Shown here: positions 57,106 through 58,696 of the stretch, piece after piece | How positions within the stretch are numbered: the stretch's first letter is position 1 | How the letters are laid out: each line of letters starts with the position of its first letter | Assembly: GCA_964364225.1 (NCBI GenBank) | Contig: CAYIKP010000001.1 | Coordinates: 3,789-62,484, forward strand | Length of the DNA: 58,696 bases | Source of the DNA: an uncultured Candidatus Saccharibacteria bacterium | GTDB taxonomy: Bacteria; Patescibacteriota; Minisyncoccia; Phycocordibacterales; Zambryskibacteraceae | Direction: 5' to 3' | Position numbers and translations under genes: made by a program | Notes under the pieces: generated by a model | What the model saw: only the letters and a program-made list of their open reading frames with translations | The model's database searches: none | Told to the model about the DNA's origin: nothing

Positions 57106-57967
57106 AACTTTAAAAGAGTATATAGCTGACGCAGAAAAAAAGGGTGTAGCGATTGGGCACTTTAATGTTTCTGATTCAGAGGGTTTTAAAGCGGTGGTTG
57201 AGTCTGCAACAGAACTCGGAGTTCCTGTAATAGTTGGAGTTTCTGAGAAGGAAAGAAGTTTTTTTGGTGTGGCTGAAATAAGGGCATTGGCAATGGTTGA
57301 AAAAGAAAAGGGGTTTCCTGTATTTCTTAATGCCGACCATACATATTCTGTGGAAGCTTCGAAGGAAGCAGTAGATAATAACTTTGATTCAGTAATTATT
57401 GATGGTGCAGAGAAGCCATTTTTTGAAAATGTTTTAATGACAAAAGAAGTTGTTAAGTATGCAAAGTCTCACCATTTAGATAAGGGGGGAGAAGAAATTT
57501 TAGTGGAAGGAGAACTTGGGTTTATAGGCTCTGGTTCTTTAATTAGAGATGTTATTCCAGACAAGGTGTCTCTTGAGACGCAAACTACCCCAGAAGACGC
57601 AAAAAGATTTGTAGAGGAAACATTTATTGATCTTTTTGCACCATCTGTTGGAAATGTTCATGGACTTATTAGTTCTGGGGAACCGAAGTTAAATATTGAG
57701 AGGATAAAGGCAATAGCTAAAGTGGTAAAAGTGCCATTAGTTTTGCATGGCGCTTCAGGAAACAATGACGAAGAAATTGCTGAAGCAATTAAGGCTGGAA
57801 TAAGAATTGTGCATATTAATACCGAATTAAGAATTGCATATAAAAAAGGCATCAAAAAGGGAATAAGTTCTGATGAACTAGCTCCATACAAGTTTATGGC
57901 AGAGGGAGTGGAAGAAATGAAAAAAGTTATCACGGCAAAATTAAAACTCTTCAATAACATAAGATGA
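57101..57967 (+). CDS. fba: class II fructose-bisphosphate aldolase family protein
   Basis: MKTLKEYIADAEKKGVAIGHFNV, LNADH, LHGASG motifs; start at ATG 57101, in frame with ORF-track GTG 57056. Confidence 0.85.
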   Translation: MKTLKEYIADAEKKGVAIGHFNVSDSEGFKAVVESATELGVPVIVGVSEKERSFFGVAEIRALAMVEKEKGFPVFLNADHTYSVEASKEAVDNNFDSVIIDGAEKPFFENVLMTKEVVKYAKSHHLDKGGEEILVEGELGFIGSGSLIRDVIPDKVSLETQTTPEDAKRFVEETFIDLFAPSVGNVHGLISSGEPKLNIERIKAIAKVVKVPLVLHGASGNNDEEIAEAIKAGIRIVHINTELRIAYKKGIKKGISSDELAPYKFMAEGVEEMKKVITAKLKLFNNIR

Positions 57968-58696
57968 AAGAAGAGTTAAAAAAGATAATCTCTGGGGAGG
58001 TTGAAGATAATGAATCAACTCTTATTAAATACTCAAAAGATGCGTCCATTTTTAAAGTAAAACCAAAGCTAGTTATTTTTCCTAGAGATTCTGCTGATAT
58101 TGAAAAAGTAGTTAAGTTTGCTTCTGAAAACAAAAAAAATGACCCAAATCTATCAATAACGGCTCGCGCCGGAGGTTCATGCATGGCTGGAGGTCCCCTT
58201 AATGAATCAATTATTTTGGATACCACAAAGTATTTAGTGGGCATAAAATCTTGGGCAAATGATTCGGCCGTAGTAATGCTCGGAACTATGTATAAGGATT
58301 TTGAAATCGAGTCTTTGGCAAGAGACTTGTTGCTCCCATGTTTTACTGCCTCTAAGAATTTGAATGCTATTGGCGGGATGATTGGCAATAATTCTGCGGG
58401 GGAAAAAACACTTAAATATGGCCAAATGGATAGATACGTTAAAAAACTAAAAATGGTTTTTTCTGATGGTGTTGAGAGAGAAATAAGACCACTTTCTGTG
58501 GATGAGCTTGAGCAAAAGAAAAAACAAGATGATTTTGAGGGAAAAATTTATAGAGAAGTAGACGAATTAGTGGAGAGCAACAAAGAATTAATTGAAAAAG
58601 CTCGGCCAAAAGTTTCTAAAAATTCTGCCGGATATTACTTATGGAATGTAAAACAAAATGGAATATTTGATTTAATTAAATTGATAGTTGGCTCTC
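57964..58696 (+). CDS. FAD-binding oxidoreductase (GlcD / FAD_binding_4-like), 3'-truncated by the window end
   Basis: Open frame from ATG 57964 (ATGA overlap with the fba stop) to the window end; ITARAGGSCMAGG FAD-binding motif; absent from the ORF track because no stop is reached. Confidence 0.7.
   Translation, partial: MKEELKKIISGEVEDNESTLIKYSKDASIFKVKPKLVIFPRDSADIEKVVKFASENKKNDPNLSITARAGGSCMAGGPLNESIILDTTKYLVGIKSWANDSAVVMLGTMYKDFEIESLARDLLLPCFTASKNLNAIGGMIGNNSAGEKTLKYGQMDRYVKKLKMVFSDGVEREIRPLSVDELEQKKKQDDFEGKIYREVDELVESNKELIEKARPKVSKNSAGYYLWNVKQNGIFDLIKLIVGS

Overview
This is a 58.7-kb AT-rich, gene-dense bacterial segment, about 35% GC on lines I counted by hand. It uses the standard genetic code: genes end in TGA, and an RF2 with SPF and GGQ motifs is encoded. 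The gene content suggests a small-genome CPR/Patescibacteria-like organism (inference). Supporting traits are a complete type IV pilus cluster with five pilin-like genes, a split transketolase, tiny GIY-YIG genes, a dockerin/cohesin pair, almost no Shine-Dalgarno (SD) sequences, and -10 boxes 5-6 nt from ATGs. Gene order, left to right: pilM-N-O-?-pilB-response regulator-pilT-pilC, major pilin, pilD, four minor pilins; ligA; gatCA; tRNA-fMet, tRNA-CAU, tRNA-Asp; ABC-F; two tRNA-Thr; prfB; ftsE-[GIY-YIG]-ftsX; tRNA-Gln-[GIY-YIG]; a candidate sRNA; a zincin-vWA / small ORF / AAA+ module; an ECF-like sigma factor; envelope proteins; MFS, RNase J, a solute-binding protein and secG on the minus strand; groES-groEL; lemA-htpX; GGDEF; tRNA-Ser; dockerin and cohesin proteins; an RRM protein; gap-rpiB-rpe; a diversity-generating retroelement (DGR); split tkt with an HD gene; a large repeat surface protein; a PfkB kinase; fba; and an FAD oxidase cut by the window end. 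Four observations stand out. (1) A DGR whose VR/TR pair differs at 23 positions, 22 of them at template adenines. Its target gene is about 60% GC, its Avd gene is inverted, and its RT is frame-broken. (2) A family of three 122-142-nt long-hairpin elements that begin ATGAATCCCG and end GGATGAA. The terminal ATG is the start codon of pilT, ligA and fba. Each element carries a 12-14-codon MNPV... mini-ORF, and two copies show compensatory base changes. (3) Five GC-elevated (about 50-63%), SD-bearing genes with strong promoters and hairpin terminators, set in the SD-poor AT-rich background. (4) Two GIY-YIG mini-elements. One is bracketed by 23-bp inverted repeats between ftsE and ftsX; the other is bracketed by a 16-nt duplication of the tRNA-Gln 3' end.
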